From a virus (Duplodnaviria; Heunggongvirae; Uroviricota; Caudoviricetes), in IMG/VR virus record IMGVR_UViG_3300038345_000251, positions 375,248-392,823 of that record: 17,576 nt of DNA; one strand, given 5' to 3'. Below, piece after piece: positions 16,233 to 17,576 of this stretch (the first letter of the stretch is position 1; each line of letters opens with the position of its first letter). Below the pieces are notes generated by a model. That model saw only the letters and a list, made by a program, of their open reading frames with translations, searched no databases and was not told where the DNA came from. The position numbers were made by a program, and so were the translations under genes.

Positions 16233-16595
16233 ATGAACAAATTAGAATTGAGCACAGTTGTTACGTTACCTGCACCTGCACTATATTCCCATCCTGTACC
16301 TGAAGATTACGTTTCCTTTGAAACAGCAAAAATAGCACAAGAAGTTTCCGTTCAATATAATGTTGATGAAAAAGGAATGCCTACGGTTAAACTGTCATAT
16401 CAAGATAAAACAAAGACTTTCCATTCAGAATTCAGTATAAACCGTTTTTTGGGAGTATATCATGGATTACTGCACGAACAGGTTAAGCCAGAAAATTATA
16501 TTATTGCAGGAATGCATGAAGATTGGGATTATGGTATTAAAATGACTGCTGAAGAGTGGTGTAAGTGTGTTAGGGCTATTTATAAGGTTTTTTGA
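16233..16595 (+). CDS. Hypothetical protein (120 aa) with mosaic N-terminus containing an antisense BACON-gene fragment
   Basis: Residues TVVTLPAPALYSHPVP are encoded by the 660-714 copy, followed by EDYVSFETAK. Confidence 0.7.
   Translation: MNKLELSTVVTLPAPALYSHPVPEDYVSFETAKIAQEVSVQYNVDEKGMPTVKLSYQDKTKTFHSEFSINRFLGVYHGLLHEQVKPENYIIAGMHEDWDYGIKMTAEEWCKCVRAIYKVF
16254..16302 (+). repeat. Recipient copy of the BACON-gene fragment (660-714)
   Basis: acagttgttacgttacctgcacctgcactatattcccatcctgtacctg, 49 bp. Confidence 0.95.
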
Positions 16596-16609
16596 TAGAG
16601 AATTTAGTT

Positions 16610-17014
16610 ATGATTACTGAAGATTATGTTTCATTTGATGTTGCTAAACTCCTGAAAGAGAAGGGGTTTGATGCAGAATGTGCTTATCTTTATATTGATG
16701 GGAAACTTGTAAAAGCACAGGGATATGCATGTAATTGGAATGACGGGGAAACACTTTTTGCCGATTACAAGAACGAATGTTCCGCCCCAACCCTTCAAAT
16801 GGCAATGAAGTGGCTGAGGAAGAAACAAAACCAGAACGTCACTGTGAAAGCCTACAACAACGTTGCAAGGCTGAAAACGATATATTACGCAGAAGTGCAG
16901 AATCTTTCAGAGCCAACCGAAAAGGGTTTCTGCGTAAACGGATGTACCTTCAAGGATACTTATGAAGAAGCCTGTGAATCGGCAATAAGATATATACTTG
17001 AAAATTTGATTTAA
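16610..17014 (+). CDS. Conserved Bacteroidota phage hypothetical protein (EDYVSF..AKLLKEKGF family)
   Basis: EDYVSFDVAKLLKEKGF, SAPTLQMAMKWLR and YEEACESAI motifs; the track start 16592 is TTG and ATG 16610 is preferred. Confidence 0.82.
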   Translation: MITEDYVSFDVAKLLKEKGFDAECAYLYIDGKLVKAQGYACNWNDGETLFADYKNECSAPTLQMAMKWLRKKQNQNVTVKAYNNVARLKTIYYAEVQNLSEPTEKGFCVNGCTFKDTYEEACESAIRYILENLI

Positions 17015-17033
17015 TGTAATAGAAGATAATTTC

Positions 17034-17049
17034 TGGCATGGTTATTGCA
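17034..17049 (+). promoter_or_regulatory. Sigma-54 (RpoN)-type -24/-12 promoter
   Basis: TGGCATGGTTATTGCA vs consensus TGGCACG-N4-TTGCW, one mismatch, correct GG/GC spacing, intergenic, 33 bp upstream of ATG 17082. Confidence 0.65.
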
Positions 17050-17081
17050 TATTAAAAAGTAAAATGAAAAATTAAAATATT

Positions 17082-17576
17082 ATGACAAGAGAAGAAGCAA
17101 TAGAAATCATTAAAAGAAACTGTACATCAGACAGTGACTTACGCAAAGCTTGTAAGTTGTTTATTCCAGAACTTACAGAGAATGAGGATGAGAGGATAAG
17201 GAGGGAGATAATTGGGTATCTTACACACAGAGCCAACGTGACAGGCTTTATTAGTGAGGATAGGGATTGTAAAAGGTGGATTTCCTACCTTGAAAAACAG
17301 AAAGAGCTGCCTACAAATGAGGAAATGCTCAGAACACTTCGTGTTGAATACGAAAAAGGTGTGGCAGATACTATTGCAAAATATGAGCAGAGAGAGCAGA
17401 AGCCCACAGAGTGTATACCTGATTCCGTAAAGTTTGAAGAAGGATTCAAGACTGGAAGGGAGTTGGGATTCCGTGAAGGCGTTGAGAGTGTAAAGCCCAC
17501 AGAGTGGAGCGAGGACAACATTAAAGAATTAACCGAATTTGAGGCTGCTATGCTTCATATTGGGATGTCTTTTTTT
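17082..17576 (+). CDS. Bacteroidota phage repeat-type hypothetical protein (EDERIR...LEKQ...KPxEWSE), 3'-truncated; not in ORF track
   Basis: Hand translation MTREEAIEIIKRNC...ENEDERIRREIIGYL...WISYLEKQ...KPTEWSEDN... open to the window end. Confidence 0.8.
   Translation, partial: MTREEAIEIIKRNCTSDSDLRKACKLFIPELTENEDERIRREIIGYLTHRANVTGFISEDRDCKRWISYLEKQKELPTNEEMLRTLRVEYEKGVADTIAKYEQREQKPTECIPDSVKFEEGFKTGRELGFREGVESVKPTEWSEDNIKELTEFEAAMLHIGMSFF

Noticed and set aside
7693-17521. Minus-strand or nested track ORFs in the right half (7693-8130, 8726-8992, 9061-9336, 10706-11048, 11125-11319, 12025-12225, 14079-14285, 15173-15394, 16631-16965, 17285-17521)
   Set aside because: Lie within or antisense to well-packed plus-strand genes.
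1-17576. TAG or TGA stop-codon reassignment as in some gut phages
   Set aside because: Three long genes (over 2400 codons) have no in-frame TAG/TGA, and short ORFs end at coupled starts in different frames.

Overview
AT-rich segment of what is most likely a large tailed phage of Bacteroidota (inferred from gene content and promoter motifs; no hallmark virion gene lies in the window). Standard genetic code fits. Left half (1-7661, minus strand): three large adhesin-like genes that share a short N-terminal module. They are a >1125-aa BACON-like repeat protein (runs off the left edge, absent from the ORF track), an 828-aa BACON + 26-aa LRR-repeat protein and a 549-aa LRR-containing protein. Right half (7748-17576, plus strand): an MmcB-like nuclease, a chain of coupled micro-ORFs, a solo TnpB with intact RuvC triad and omegaRNA-type right end, an HExxH protein and many small Bacteroidota-phage hypotheticals. 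Most unexpected observation: 49 bp of the BACON gene (660-714) recur at 16254-16302, in antisense and in frame, inside a small gene whose 5' end looks stitched from captured fragments. All calls are by eye, with no database searches.
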